From assembly GCA_020137815.1 (NCBI GenBank), contig CM035360.1, positions 5,332,001 to 5,396,000 on the forward strand: 64,000 nt of DNA, in the 5' to 3' direction. A program made the position numbers and the translations under genes. Position 1 is the first letter of the stretch, and every line of letters begins with the position of its first letter. The notes below the pieces were generated by a model. That model searched no databases. It worked only from the letters and a program-made list of their open reading frames with translations, and was not told the DNA's origin. This stretch comes from Hormiphora californensis. Taxonomy: Eukaryota; Animalia; Ctenophora. Positions 1-24,497 of this stretch are shown here, in pieces.

Positions 1-6
1 AAAGTT

Positions 7-109
7 TCTCAGCTCTGACCTCTCACACATCAGAATCACTCTCAGTTTTATCAGTTTCAAACTGATAAAACTGAGAGTGATTCTGATGTGTGAGAGGTCA
101 GAGCTGAGA
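7..109. repeat. Perfect 51-bp inverted repeat with 1-nt spacer, followed by a 10-bp-stem hairpin (109-139)
   Basis: 7-57 TCTCAGCTC...ATCAGTTT is the exact reverse complement of 59-109; AGAGTGGCAC (109-118) pairs with GTGCCACTCT (130-139). Confidence 0.9.
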
Positions 110-195
110 GAGTGGCACTTGGTCTCATTGTGCCACTCTAAACCCTCACCCAGTTTGGTCCGTGTGGTTCAGTACTTTCATGATAGTATAATATA

Positions 196-254
196 CTAGA
201 AAGCCCGTTGGTTGGACCCCGTTGATGTCTCTCTCTCCCTCTCTCTCTCTCTTC

Positions 255-298
<44 letters not shown>

Positions 299-703
299 AC
301 TCTCTCACTTCATCTCTCATCATATCCGTGTCGGGCTGAAGAATATGGAGGTTGGTAGAGTGGCAGGGATGGTGATGCTAGAAAGCCCGTTGGTTGGACC
401 CCGTTGATTGAACTCCTATCTATCTTTCTCTATCTCTATTTTTCTCCATGTATCTCTCTATCTCTATCTCTATCTATCTCTATCTCTCTCTGTCCCTCTA
501 TCTCTCTTTCCCTCTATCTCTCTCGCTCTATCTAGCTCGCTGTCCCTCTATCTCTTTCGCTCCATCTCTCTCAGCTCTCTCTCTGTCTCTCTCTAGCTCT
601 CTATCTCTCTTTGTCTCTATCTCTATCTCTCTCACTCACTCTCTCACTCCATCATGTCGGGCAGAAGAAGATGGAGGTTGGTAGAGTGGTAGGGATGGTG
701 ATG
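196..703. repeat. Local tandem duplication of a unique segment interleaved with CT-rich microsatellite
   Basis: CTAGAAAGCCCGTTGGTTGGACCCCGTTGAT occurs at about 197 and 378; TGTCGGGC..ATGGAGGTTGGTAGAGTGG..GGGATGGTGATG occurs at about 329 and 655. Confidence 0.75.
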
Positions 704-2229
704 AATATCAAGGGTCATCGTTAGATGGCTGCTTGAAATGTGTCGATTTAGGTGATAAACATCCGTAGAATTGTAGCCCTGTAGAGTAATGAACGGGTGT
801 ACGTAGGTAGAAAAGCGTTGGCAATGATGGGGGCCCCATCACCACCATGTGTTAGCTCGATTTTCAAAAACATGCTAGAGACATGCGGTTTTCACTAAAG
901 TTTTAGTTAGCCATCAAGGAGTATCCAGATAACTTTTTGTGAAAATCCCTGCTGTTCTCTCTCACTTTAATTATTCAATTATCTCTCGAAGTTGACAAGA
1001 TAGCGACTTCTGGCTGGTCCCAATAGATTCTGCTGCTCATTCTACACATTTTAGTGCCCTCATTTTCGTCTATACTCCAATCCAAAGTAAAGTTGCTATT
1101 TTTCGCCAAGGCTGAAAATACAGGCAAAAAGTGCGTGGTCATTTTGGACACTTTCTTCACCTCGGTTGGAGTGGAATTTTTTTTTGGTGTTTCTGGGACC
1201 CCATAGGAGTACAATGCAAGTGGAAAACCTTTGTTATGTCTCAGTTTGTTTTTTGGTCCCAAAATGACTATGACTTTTTGGCTTGGTCGCGTAGCGACCA
1301 ACCCCGTAGGGGTGAGGGGATCGCCCTACGGGCGCGCGAACATGAGGGGCGCGACGTGCCCAACTTTTTGGCCTAAAATCCGAAAAATTTTCTAGGCCTC
1401 AGCGGTCGCTTCACCCAATCTATACAAATTTGCAATAGAAAACTCGATATATGTCATATCACGTGACCAAAAATTTTTTGCCATGCCACTTTCAAAACGT
1501 CCCCTACATGCCTGGTTATTTCATTATCAAAATATAAACCGTGGGACTCAAAATCTCGATCTGTCTATTGAACGTGACCGGTGACCTTGCTGCTCTAATT
1601 AAATTGAACGTGAGCATCACGAACCATCTATTTCGTATTTGTTTATTAATTTGAAGTTGTCCTGGAAATATAGATGACACGGTGAGAAGGGTATATTTCA
1701 AGTCTAGACCGGGCTGCCGCCAGACAGATGTGTTTGAAACAGGCGGTGTTGTATTGTGTTTAACACTTGCAGGTTGTGTTTCAAAACAAAACAAGTTAGC
1801 ATATTAATAGCAGATTATTAATAGCAGCTTATTACCAGATTAACACGGCCGATTAATGATCTACTCCTCCTTCGAGTCCCGCCCTTGCCATTCGATCTCG
1901 TTTGTTTTCATATGTTTCACGTGGATTTGAAACGAGTTCACGCCCGGAAAGTTGAGCGATCACTATCCGATGATACATTTGTTCCATCTTCTCAGTGCTT
2001 CTATCAGGGATTATATTGAGTTCCACTTTTATATTGGAACACTATTAAACATGGATCCAAATCACGCGTCGTCACGATCTTACAAATTGCTACTCATTGC
2101 AGCAATCTAGTCCACGGTGGGTGATTTGCCAGCTGTAATAACGGATACCAGAGGAGTGACGTGCACCGGCAAAAAACGTAGGATATAATAAGGAGAAAGG
2201 AAGGGAGAGAGATAGTAAAAGATAGTGAG

Positions 2230-2880
<651 letters not shown>

Positions 2881-4188
2881 CCTCCCAAGAAGATGGACCT
2901 CTGCGTGAGAGAGCTACTACTACTGCTGCTGCAGTCTCAAATGGTTAAATGGGGGTCCACTGATGCATGTCTGTGAACGGGCTCCTCAATCACTTTAAAG
3001 ATCGGTTAATCACAGACTGCACTACTTGTAGTGTTCACTGCTCGATATACTAGTGCAGCCCCTTTTTGACATGTGTGACCTATCTGTTTAGCAATAAATG
3101 TTGATTTTCTGTTATCTACCCCCTGACATAGCATTTACCGCCCTTTTTTTTTCAAAGTAACGAAATGTTCATTAATCTGCAGTTCTTCAGAGTGTTCATT
3201 CTAATTGCATCTATTGATGTTTCTATGGGGCGGTAACTTCACAGACCGGTTCCATGATTGATAGCCTCTGAAGAGCCCGTATGGGATAGTATAGTTTGAA
3301 CTATTATCATAGCTCGTAGTCACGTGATTTTTGAACACCGTTTAACTCTTCTCTAGCACCCGCTCTATTCGGTATCATCTCTCTCTCTTTCTCTTTTTCT
3401 CTCTCTCTCTTTCTCAGTTTCTAATAGAGAAAATATGGGTAATCTCTATCGTATTCGCCCCATCAGGCACCGCGAGATGCATCATGGGATTACTGGTCCG
3501 CCCAACACAATAGTAGAGCTCTTTATAATACTAGGGGCAAATCCAAATCAATGATTCTCCTCTTCTCTTTCTCTCTCTCTCTCTCTCGCTCTCCCCTTCT
3601 CTCGTCCTCCTCTTGAGTTAAGTTAGCACCCCGTTTTCACCAAATCCAAGTGTTTGCAAGAGGTGGCCCCCTTTATATCTACTCCGCGCCCCATATTACA
3701 TTGTTCCATCTACCACGTGGGATTCTTGGTCTCTTGGAAACTAATAGATGCGGTTCTTTATTAATTACTTTGTGGGTAGAGTAGGCATTTGCATTGGAGT
3801 TAACTCAAGATAGGAAAGTTATATCGGCACGGGTAATTTCATAAATTTTGTCCGTTTTTCGATTTTAGGTCTCGCTCACAATTCTCACGATCCGTCCCAT
3901 GATTGGTCGGTATTTGTCATGTGTGAATTTGGTGATCACACACATGACAACCCTTCTTTCTATGAGCTCGCTGTTTAATTACTCTGCTGAAATGTTGACA
4001 GTTTGAATTTTATATTTTCCCCCGATAGCACGATATCGCAAAACGTGTCGCGACGACGGCGGCCTGACTTTTTTCTGACCTATCGCATCCTTTAAAGATA
4101 GACCAGCTCTTTCCATCACTCTCTCCCTGTCTCTCCCGCGGCTAAATTAATCCTCGTTCTTGGAAAATATCAAGTGTTGACAGCTGCT

Positions 4189-14888
<10,700 letters not shown>

Positions 14889-16188
14889 ACACAAGATCAT
14901 TGATCAAGAAATGACGGATTTATGGACAAAAAGTCCAAAAATGTGAAGAATTCAGATAGCTAATTGAGATTAGTGGAAGACGCCGAACCATGGAATTAGA
15001 ATAATTAGACTATCTAGTTCTAGCTGTGCATGTTAATGACGTTAGACACTGAAAAATTTGGGTGCTGTTATTGGATATTCTGTGTTCGATATTTCAATTG
15101 TGGACACGGTGTGTAATCATATTATTTTATTAGGTGATAGACTCTGGTGGGGTTGTGATTTCCATAGTTTCCAATGTTCACACCAGTTGGAAATTGTGGA
15201 GTGTGTTTTTCAACGAGGAAATGTTGATTGTTATTTATTGTCACAGCTGTGGCCCGGCAGAGAAGTGTGTCCAACTAGTTTTGGAGTGTGTTTCTGTTTT
15301 AAATATCAACATTGTATGTTGTCACATTGATTGTATTTGCAAAACTATGGTGTTTCATATCGTCTGTGTAGGGTTGATATACGAGAATATGGGTCAGACC
15401 AATGCTCTGACAGGATGGGACCGGTTAACCAGCTCGTTAGATTTTACCTGTCATCTGCATGGTAGCCGACTTCTCCTTTAAACTCTTGATCTCGAGATAG
15501 AGCTACTTGTCTGACCTTGAGGCAGCGATGCATGATTAAAATCCAAGCACAGACAGAGACTGATCAAAGTTCTAGTCGGGCTAGTCAGCCCGGGCTGTTT
15601 TACTTTCTCTGGCGGTTAGCACTGATTTAATCAATCATTGCACATTGCCCCATTTATTTCACTTCTAAAACCTCCCCATTTTCAGAGCTTGTCAAGCCTG
15701 TCTCTTTCTTTTCACAATTCTATTGACACATATGATGGGGGGCTCGTATGCTGCATCTTTCACGGTGACGGAGGGGCTAACCTGTCAGTGTCAAGCCAAG
15801 GCTAGACTCTGTCACTCCAAGTCTGGACCCCCTCTCGTGATGATTTAAAGACTTAGACTTGTCCGATGGTTAGACCGTTCTGGGATAGTGGTATATGAGC
15901 TGTGACAGGAAACTATTTGCCCGGCCTTTTCCATGTGCAGTATTGTGCAATGTAATTGGTCTAGGTCTGCGACAAGCCCAATACGGTGGTCTAGCCCGTG
16001 GTACAGGTTGTTTTCTCGTAAAAGTGATTCGATTTCTTGATTCCCGGTCGGAATCCCACTGCACTTGCAGTTACCATGATGATATTAACTGTCAAACTTG
16101 GTTGCTACCTCTCTAGTCTCTGCTTCGTGAGCTCAATCTCGCTTGCACTAGGTCATAGGTGTCAATCATTGACTCAATGTTTGACATG

Positions 16189-16242
16189 TTCCTTACCTGT
16201 CAGCTCTCACACCGGCCGGTGTGAGAGCTGACAGGTAAGGAA
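16189..16242. repeat. Perfect 54-bp palindrome, followed by three ~19-bp direct repeats (about 16270-16330)
   Basis: TTCCTTACCTGTCAGCTCTCACACCGG|CCGGTGTGAGAGCTGACAGGTAAGGAA; GAATGGACAGA(AGGGGCC) is repeated. Confidence 0.85.
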
Positions 16243-16699
16243 GTAGGCCCGGTGTGAGCTTACGCGAGCCCGAAGGGGCTGAATGGACAGAAGGGGCCAG
16301 AATGGACAGAAGGGGCCGAATGGACAGACTGCGTAGCATGGCAAATAAAACTGATGATCTGGTTTATCAGAGAAACGATTTTATTTCTTTAACAAGAGTG
16401 TTTTCTTTTATTCCGGAGAAATTAATTTCTTTGTTGAATTCTCCCTGTGGATAATATTGCAAAATGCAAAGTTAAAGCAAAAAATGGCTCCAAGTCTGCT
16501 TACAAGTCTAGTCGTAATTTACTAAAACGTAGTGCGCGCGACTTTTTTGCGCGTTAAAATGCGCGGCGCCACAAATTTAAAATAGAAATTCAGAAAATGT
16601 TCAAAATCAAAACTGCACCCGTCCGTGAAATTTTTAAAAACCGAGAAAATTTAACTCAACCATCTTGAGCCACACCGCGACACGGCTGGCCGGGCAGGA

Positions 16700-18000
16700 T
16701 TCAGGTGTCAGGAACTACATTATGTAACAGAGCTAGCACTCTCATTAATGAGCTGGGCCAACCCACATCCGCTGAGCAAACTTTCATCAACTACAACGTA
16801 AAACTATTTATTGAGTTTCAGCAAATGTCTATGTAAGAGCCCAAGAGGGCAGCAAGAAAATGGCAAGCAGCTCTGATAACGAAGAAGAAACGCGGATCTA
16901 CGTGCGGGAAACAGACGTAGAAGAGGATGACATCCAATACTGCCAAGAACAAACCGTGGAGTGGGTTAGCGAGATATTAACGCTAACTGGAGGGTTTGGT
17001 GAAACAGATCCGAGCCAAGTGAAGTATGGACCACACATAGTGGAAGTCTGGGATGATCTGAAAGTTCCCTCCAGGAACAAACTCAGTGCATTGAACAAGT
17101 CAGTGCTTATAGGCCTTGTGGAGAGTGCATGCCGTATTCTCATAGAACAGAGCTTCCCAGTTGGTGAACAGCTGTCACACACGGGATATGAAACCACGAT
17201 GATGAAGCAATATGAGAAGGAGCTCAAAGTTCATAGTAAAGAGCTTATCAAAACCCAAAGGAACCTTGTAGCAGCACAAGAGGAACTACTGAACATTCAG
17301 AGGCAGTTACTAGAGAAGAGGGAGGTTGAGATAACAGCTGTGCAGTCAACAGCACAGCAAGAAATTAAGAGTTTTGCTTCTGTCCTGGAGAAGGAATGTG
17401 CTAGTGCTCTGGCGCCAAAGAAAATCCACTCAGCGATTGTGGCTGCCTCTGAGGACCGTGGGTGTAATATTATCATCCATGGCTTGGAAGAGAGTGCTGA
17501 AATTGAAACTCAAATAAAGTCTCTTTTTACTGAGCTTGAAGAGGCTCCGAAAATGAAATCGGTCGAGCGCTTGGGAAAGCAGTCCTCATCTGCAAGACCT
17601 GTAAAAGTCGTGCTGAGGAGCAGAGACGCTCAAATGTCGATCCTGTCGAAGAAATCTCTGCTGAAAGGGAACGACAAGTTCGGCAAAGTTTTTATTTCTC
17701 CTGATAGAACTTTAGAAGAGCGGAGAGAACGGAAGCAGCTAGTGATTGAACTGAAGGAGAAGGCAAAGCAGTCCCCTGGAACTCACTACATAATCCGTGG
17801 AAGCAGGGTGTTAGAAGCACCAAGGGACTCTTGAACATTTATACTAACTAGCTCTGGACTCTAATTTATTGATCATAGGAGAGTAAAACCGCTTTTGAAA
17901 GCAGGAAGGTAGCCGTAAAGTTTTGTCTTTTTTAAGTGTTATCTTACCAATATGCTATAAAGCGGGATATTAAATGTTTATTGATGATGATGATGATGAG
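16700..18000 (+). mobile_element. ORF1-only LINE-derived element B with (TGA)n tail
   Basis: The ORF1 stop at 17834 is followed by about 145 nt and then TGATGATGATGATGATGA at about 17982-17999; there is no ORF2 before the next host gene. The 5' end is approximate. Confidence 0.7.
16860..17834 (+). CDS. LINE ORF1p-like protein (coiled coil + RRM + CTD), 324 aa
   Basis: Intronless; CASALAPKKI...NIIIHGLEE...RLGK...RPVKVVL...VFISPDRTLEERRERKQLVIELK...IIRGSRV; paralog of 11733-12752. Confidence 0.85.
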   Translation: MASSSDNEEETRIYVRETDVEEDDIQYCQEQTVEWVSEILTLTGGFGETDPSQVKYGPHIVEVWDDLKVPSRNKLSALNKSVLIGLVESACRILIEQSFPVGEQLSHTGYETTMMKQYEKELKVHSKELIKTQRNLVAAQEELLNIQRQLLEKREVEITAVQSTAQQEIKSFASVLEKECASALAPKKIHSAIVAASEDRGCNIIIHGLEESAEIETQIKSLFTELEEAPKMKSVERLGKQSSSARPVKVVLRSRDAQMSILSKKSLLKGNDKFGKVFISPDRTLEERRERKQLVIELKEKAKQSPGTHYIIRGSRVLEAPRDS

Positions 18001-18291
18001 CACGTTTTGATCGGCCCAACTTCCCGTCAATTTGCTCTAGACATGCGGCCGGGCCTACTTGGATATTGTGGAGTGTATCTTCTTTTGGGGCTAGTAGATG
18101 GAATAGACGATCTGGTCGAGGTAGCTGGAAGAGGCGCTCACTCATTGGATTAGTCCACACCGCACACGAACGATGGCCGATTTTTTTGCCACCGGGACTA
18201 AGTAATTTTGAACCTGTCGTCCGACGTCAGTTGTATTATCGTTGAGCTAACCAAACAACTTTATCTAGCTCTTTATACACACACACAGAAC

Positions 18292-19943
18292 ATGAGTCTT
18301 GATGTATTATTGGAAGCGGCCGATGTATTGGAGAAACAAAAAGTCGGTAAGTTAACCAACATCCCCCCACATTTCTTCAGCACTTCCCACTTTTTGACAA
18401 TCAACTGGTTACCTAAATATAACACACTTCTTTCAGCATCTATCCTGACATCAATGCACCAGTATGACAAGACCTTCAAGTCACAGTCACCAGAATATTC
18501 GGAGGATTCACACTCAGTAAAAAGCGATGACATGGATTATTCACCCACACACGATCGGAGGTACAATCCAGATGCAATTTATTTGATGCTCCTCTCGCAA
18601 TAAGATCAGACACACATATTCATTACTCCAAAATGTAATTACCCTCCCACTCGCAGGTCGAACAGAATCGGTCATTCAGATTCCGGGAACGGGCCCCAGT
18701 CTGGCGTCCATTCTGACCCGTAAGTCTCGCTTCTCTCGTCCCCACAACCAATCGATCGTTAGCATGTATCAGAGTGATGATATGAGTGCTGACACTTCAC
18801 TGTTTTTCAGAAACGGGCCAGTTAGGGAAGTTTATGCGTTTAACGGGGATAATGACCCTTCACGAAATAGGTAAGTTACTTAGTGCAGTGTATTCAGCAA
18901 TCCATCATAGCAAAATTCCCCCCTTCTTCCTCTATCACGACCCCTTCTCCCTAAAAACCCCTCTCCCTCTAGCTCATTCCTCTTTGCCCCTCCTCCGTGT
19001 AACGCCTTCTCCCTAACCCTCCACCGCTCCTCCTAAGATGCGGCCTGGACGCCCGAGACACCTGGGAGACACGCTCCATTCACAACCAGATGGAAAAGAA
19101 CAGGAGGGCCCAGTTACGGGTTTACATGAACAACCTCCGGGATGTAATTCCATGTGGTCCAAACCGGAGGAAACTCACTACCCTGACACTGCTTCAGAAC
19201 GCCCGGGCTTATATCGAGGTGAGAGACCCCCCAGGATGAGCCCCCTCATCCCCTGGGTTTGCCTAGCTAGACCCTGTTTCGCGAGCCCCAAATGTAAAGG
19301 GAGGGTTAGAACATAACCCCTGGGTAAGGGTTTATTCTCCCTCTGTACTTTCCGGAAAGCCGGAACGGGGAAGGAGTGATGCGTCGCATAAAGGAAGGAG
19401 TGAAATAGCGCCGGAGAGAGGGGGGACCCCCGTTCGAAAATTCAAAATTTGCCAACCAATTGGAAAGAAATGTCTCCCAGGATGCTGATTTTTTTAACGA
19501 GAATGCTGATTTTTACAATTCAAAAATTTTATCTACATATTAGGTGCTGAAAATTCTGCTGAAAATATAGGTGGTGCAGTGAATGTGAAAGACTGAAGAG
19601 TGAGAGAGAGAGATATCTGGGGATATTATGTGCTGGTTGTGTGTGACAGAGAGACAGAATATGCTGGGGAATGTTCCAGTTTTGCGTAATGCACCGACAA
19701 CAGTTTTCAGCACGATTTTCAGCAGATTGGTTGAAATGGTCAGTTTTCAGCACGATTTTCAGCAGATTGGTTGAACTGGTCGCGCTGAAAAAGAGAGAGA
19801 GAGAGCCAATTCAATTGCAATGGTAATGTATGAATCTCTCTAATCTCCCCCTTTCCCCCTCTAGACTGTTGTCGGTGCACTACGCACAACTGGCGCCAAC
19901 CAACGTTGGCCAACACATGTTCTCCATCTCTCTCTCCCCTCTC

Positions 19944-20015
<72 letters not shown>

Positions 20016-23000
20016 ATTCACACTGCTGCAGTACTGCAAGAATAAGAATCTCTCTGCACGTGTATCTGATATGTAATGATCGAGAGGAATTTTCAGCACA
20101 TTGGCGGACTAAAATACTGAAAATTCTGCTTATTTTAGATCAGGATGCTGCCAGTTTAATACTATAGATAGGACCAAAATTCGATCGGGGGGGGGGACAT
20201 CGTACCCCACGGCGTGCCCGAGGGTAGTTTAACATTTGTTTTGGTGTCCATCTCCAATTCCGGTTGTAACTGTTGGGGAAGACCTTCCTGAAGGTCGTGG
20301 CGGAGCGGGAATAATCATGTAGACCCGCTCCGGCTTCAGAAAATTGAGAAAAAGATAGCTATCTTTTTTTTCATTTTGAAATTACGACGTTTTATTTTAA
20401 AAGATCCTTGATCAGTAAGATACGGTTGTCCCCCACCTATTTTTTGACGTAGAATCGAATGCCGTTGAAGTCAAATCTCTAAAATGTTGGAAAAATGGAG
20501 AAAATCACGTTTTTAGGTATTTTTTGGTGAAAAAAGCGTTCTAACTGGTAGTAGATGATGAGATAGAGCCCCAAAAATATCACAAATCGATTTTTTGGGT
20601 CTTTTTCGCCCTAGGAACAGAGTTTCATGAAAATCTGGTACAACGCCTATTCTCCGTTTGCTTTCAATGAAGGTGAATATTGCTCTAATTTAACCAATTT
20701 TGAAGAAAAGGCGTCCAAAATGATACTAGTTGACAGGATAGAGTCCCAAAAACGTGAAAATCATCAATTTTAGGCATTTTCTACCCTAGTAACAAATGGA
20801 CATGGTGGTCGGATGATATTTATTATCTCGGTATGCCTCTGAAGTAGGTGAAAATAGCCACAATGTAGAGATTGTAGTAAATGAATGTGAATAAACGTTT
20901 ACCAAACCCACTTTAGTGGGCTTCTGGATTATGCAAGAGCCATTCTTCAACTTAACAGGTGCTAAAGTGGGTTTGGTAAACGTTTATTCACATTCATTTA
21001 CCACAATCTCTACATTGTGGCTATTTTCACCTACTTCAGAGGCATACCGAGATAATAAATATCATCCGACCACCATGTCCATTTGTTACTAGGGTAGAAA
21101 ATGCCTAAAATTGATGATTTTCACGTTTTTGGGACTCTATCCTGTCAACTAGTATCATTTTGGACGCCTTTTCTTCAAAATTGGTTAAATTAGAGCAATA
21201 TTCACCTTCATTGAAAGCAAACGGAGAATAGGCGTTGTACCAGATTTTCATGAAACTCTGTTCCTAGGGCGAAAAAGACCCAAAAAATCGATTTGTGATA
21301 TTTTTGGGGCTCTATCTCATCATCTACTACCAGTTAGAACGCTTTTTTCACCAAAAAATACCTAAAAACGTGATTTTCTCCATTTTTCCAACATTTTAGA
21401 GATTTGACTTCAACGGCATTCGATTCTACGTCAAAAAATAGGTGGGGGACAACCGTATCTTACTGATCAAGGATCTTTTAAAATAAAACGTCGTAATTTC
21501 AAAATGAAAAAAAAGATAGCTATCTTTTTCTCAATTTTCTGAAGCCGGAGCGGGTCTACATGATTATTCCCGCTCCGCCACGACCTTCAGGAAGGTCTTC
21601 CCCAACAGTTACAACCGGAATTGGAGATGGACACCAAAACAAATGTTAAACTACCCTCGGGCACGCCGTGACCCGATCTCCTCCCCTCGTTTTAAGTGAT
21701 AGCACGGAGCACCCTAATATGTTTTTAACCCCCCTCAAATATGAGTGGAAATGATCCATCCTCCCTTCATCTCCATTCCCCGACTCTAACCCCTGACTCT
21801 AACCAGTAACCCCATCTCTAACCCCTCCTTTCTCCCCACAGAAGTATCTGAAAACACCAACACAACCAACACCAACAACAACAACTCCCAAATGCCAACT
21901 GCCCCCTCCGATCCTCCTATACCAATGGAAGACAAACCAGTTAACGGAGGAGGAGGTTTAGCCTCTCTTACCTGCGATGAAGAGCTGCCTCTAACTGAAG
22001 AGCTAGAGGAGGAGGAGAAGATGGGAGAGGACCCGGAGAGAGAGGAGGGTGAGGGGGAGAAACGAGGGCCCGGGGATACCGCTAGTGAGATGAGTGAGAG
22101 TGATTCAATGGGAACATTCAGGTTAGTAGGTACAGTGGGGGGGGGGGGGGGGCCTGCCGCAAAAATCTCAGCTACCCTCTTTTCGGCCGATGAGATTTTT
22201 GAGATTTTTGGGAAAATTTGCTCCATTACGTTTGAGATTTTTGAGATTTTTGTGGTAAATTGGCACAATTTTTGCTGCCAATACTCAGTTTTTCGACATA
22301 TTTTTTAGCTCAAAACTGAATCATAATATCAATTCAGTAATTTAAATAGGTAAATTTCATGTTTTAGCTTCACTTTAACTTTTGTACTAGAACACAAGGA
22401 AAATTTCTATTCAGAATTTCGATTTTTGGTAAAAAACACAAGGATTGTTTCTGTTCCAAATTTTCGAATGGAAATTTTTCCTTTCTATGAGATTTTTGAG
22501 AAAAATTTGCGGTTTTTCCCGAAAAATCGCAAATTTGCCTCAAAAATCTCAAAAATCCCACGTTTTTTAGCCAAAAATCCAGGGGCTGGTAGTGAGACCG
22601 CAGAATCTGCTGTGTGCTGCACACAAAAGACTAGCAAATTTGAGTGGGTTTTACGGAAAAGCTTGCCGAGAGAGCAAATAACGGAATTTTTCCAAATTTT
22701 TTTCACTGTGGGATTCACAAGACCGTCACCTACAGCCCAGTGAAATCCCCGTGAAAAACGGTTAGTTACAAGGTTCGCAGTGATCAAAACCGTAAACAAC
22801 TTCATTTTTCAGTTTTCTTCATTTTTGAGAGGGTAGAGCTCTTTACCAGACTGTCACTCAAAATTGAGATAGAAAATCGAAAAAATCGTGTTCAATCAAG
22901 TGGGTATCTCCCAAAAATTTGTCCAGTCTTTCGATTCCGGAGTTTTTGAAACTCCTCGGGCAACCGTCTAGGGTTGCAACCTCAAAAAACTTTGAAACAC

Positions 23001-23571
23001 CGTTTTTTTGAGGACGGATGAAATTCTGCGGTTCTCCACTCAAAGTCACGTGACTTAGGACTAATAGGCAAGTGAGAGCTGGGTTGTGAGGACCGCAGAA
23101 TGTGTTGTAATTCGTATATTCATATTGAATCTCTATCCCTCCCTCTCCTAAACACCAACATTCTCTTCCTTTTGAGTGTAGGAAACACACCAGGGGGGGG
23201 GGGGTGAGTCTTGGCCTTCCTCGATCGAGTTGATCAGAAAACTGGGGAGAGGCAGTGGGAGGGGCTGTAAAAATGAAAATATATCTCTCTCTCTCTCACT
23301 CTCTCTCTCTCTCTCTCTCAGGCTCTCTCTCTATCTCGCTCTCAGCGCGCGCTGCTCATCTCTCTCGCTCTGCGTCTCTCTCTCATCTCTCTCGTTCTCT
23401 CTGCTCTTCTAGGAACTCGTAAATTCATAAGGCTGTAAAAAGCCTGGATATCTCTGAAATCCTACTTTGGTTTTCTTGATGAAGTTTTATTGAAATGAAA
23501 GAGATAGAGAGAGAGAGGAGAGGAGAGAGAGACGAGAGAGAGGAGGAGGAGAGAAGAGAGAGAGAAGAGAC

Positions 23572-23605
<34 letters not shown>

Positions 23606-24464
23606 CTTGAGTGGCGGTTGTTTGTAGCGGCCAAGCCCTGTACAAAACCAGAGGTCTCAGAGGGCGGGCGGGATGCCCAAGCGGTTGTTATAATAACTAT
23701 GCACAGACCCGAGACCCGTACACGCTATTTGACATCTAACAACGTATATGATGGTCATCTCTTATTTCTATCATCACCTCGAAGAGAAGATGGTATAACA
23801 CTGGGTGGCCATAAATGAGGACAATTTCTGAGGATCAACCCAGACCTATAATACTAGTACCTACCTACGGGGGGGTCTGTATCAGACATCTATGGTGGTT
23901 AGGGTGGGTGGGTCCCGAAGGGACCCAGACGGCAGACAGTTAGGGGTTTCCCCTAACTGTCAAAATTTTGGGGGTGTAGGGGTCCCGAAGGGACCCGGAC
24001 AGTTAGGATTTTCCTCTAACTGTCAAAATTTTGGAAATTTGGGTCAAAATTTGGGAATTTTAGGTCCTGAAGGCACCACAGTGAAATATTTTTGCACGAT
24101 ACGATTTTGGTCAGGCATCACACTGAAAATTTGGGGTTATGTGCGAACTATTTTTGGGGGTGGGTCCAAAAATTTGGGTAAGGAGACAGTTAGAGGAGGA
24201 CCCCTAATTGTCAAAAATTTTTAATTTTCTGGAAAAATAGGTGTGGGTCCCAACTTTTGGGTGTCTGTGGCAGATAGATGTTCCCCAAAACCTCAAAAAA
24301 GTGGCATTTTTCGGAAAATAGGGGGGTGGGTCCAAATTGGGTTTGTGAGGACAGGTTAGAGGATGACCCTAAACTGTCCATAATCAAGGGGGGTGGGGTG
24401 GTTTTTTCACCTGGGACAGTTAGGGGCATTTAGGGGCAATGGATGTCTGATACGTTAGGGTGAT

Positions 24465-24497
<33 letters not shown>

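Noticed and set aside
820-1515. Hairpin-rich segment (TTGGTCGC-GTA-GCGACCAA; CCCGTAGGG..CCCTACGGG) as a Helentron/HINE element
   Set aside because: It is suggestive, but the boundaries and sub-terminal repeats could not be defined from one copy.
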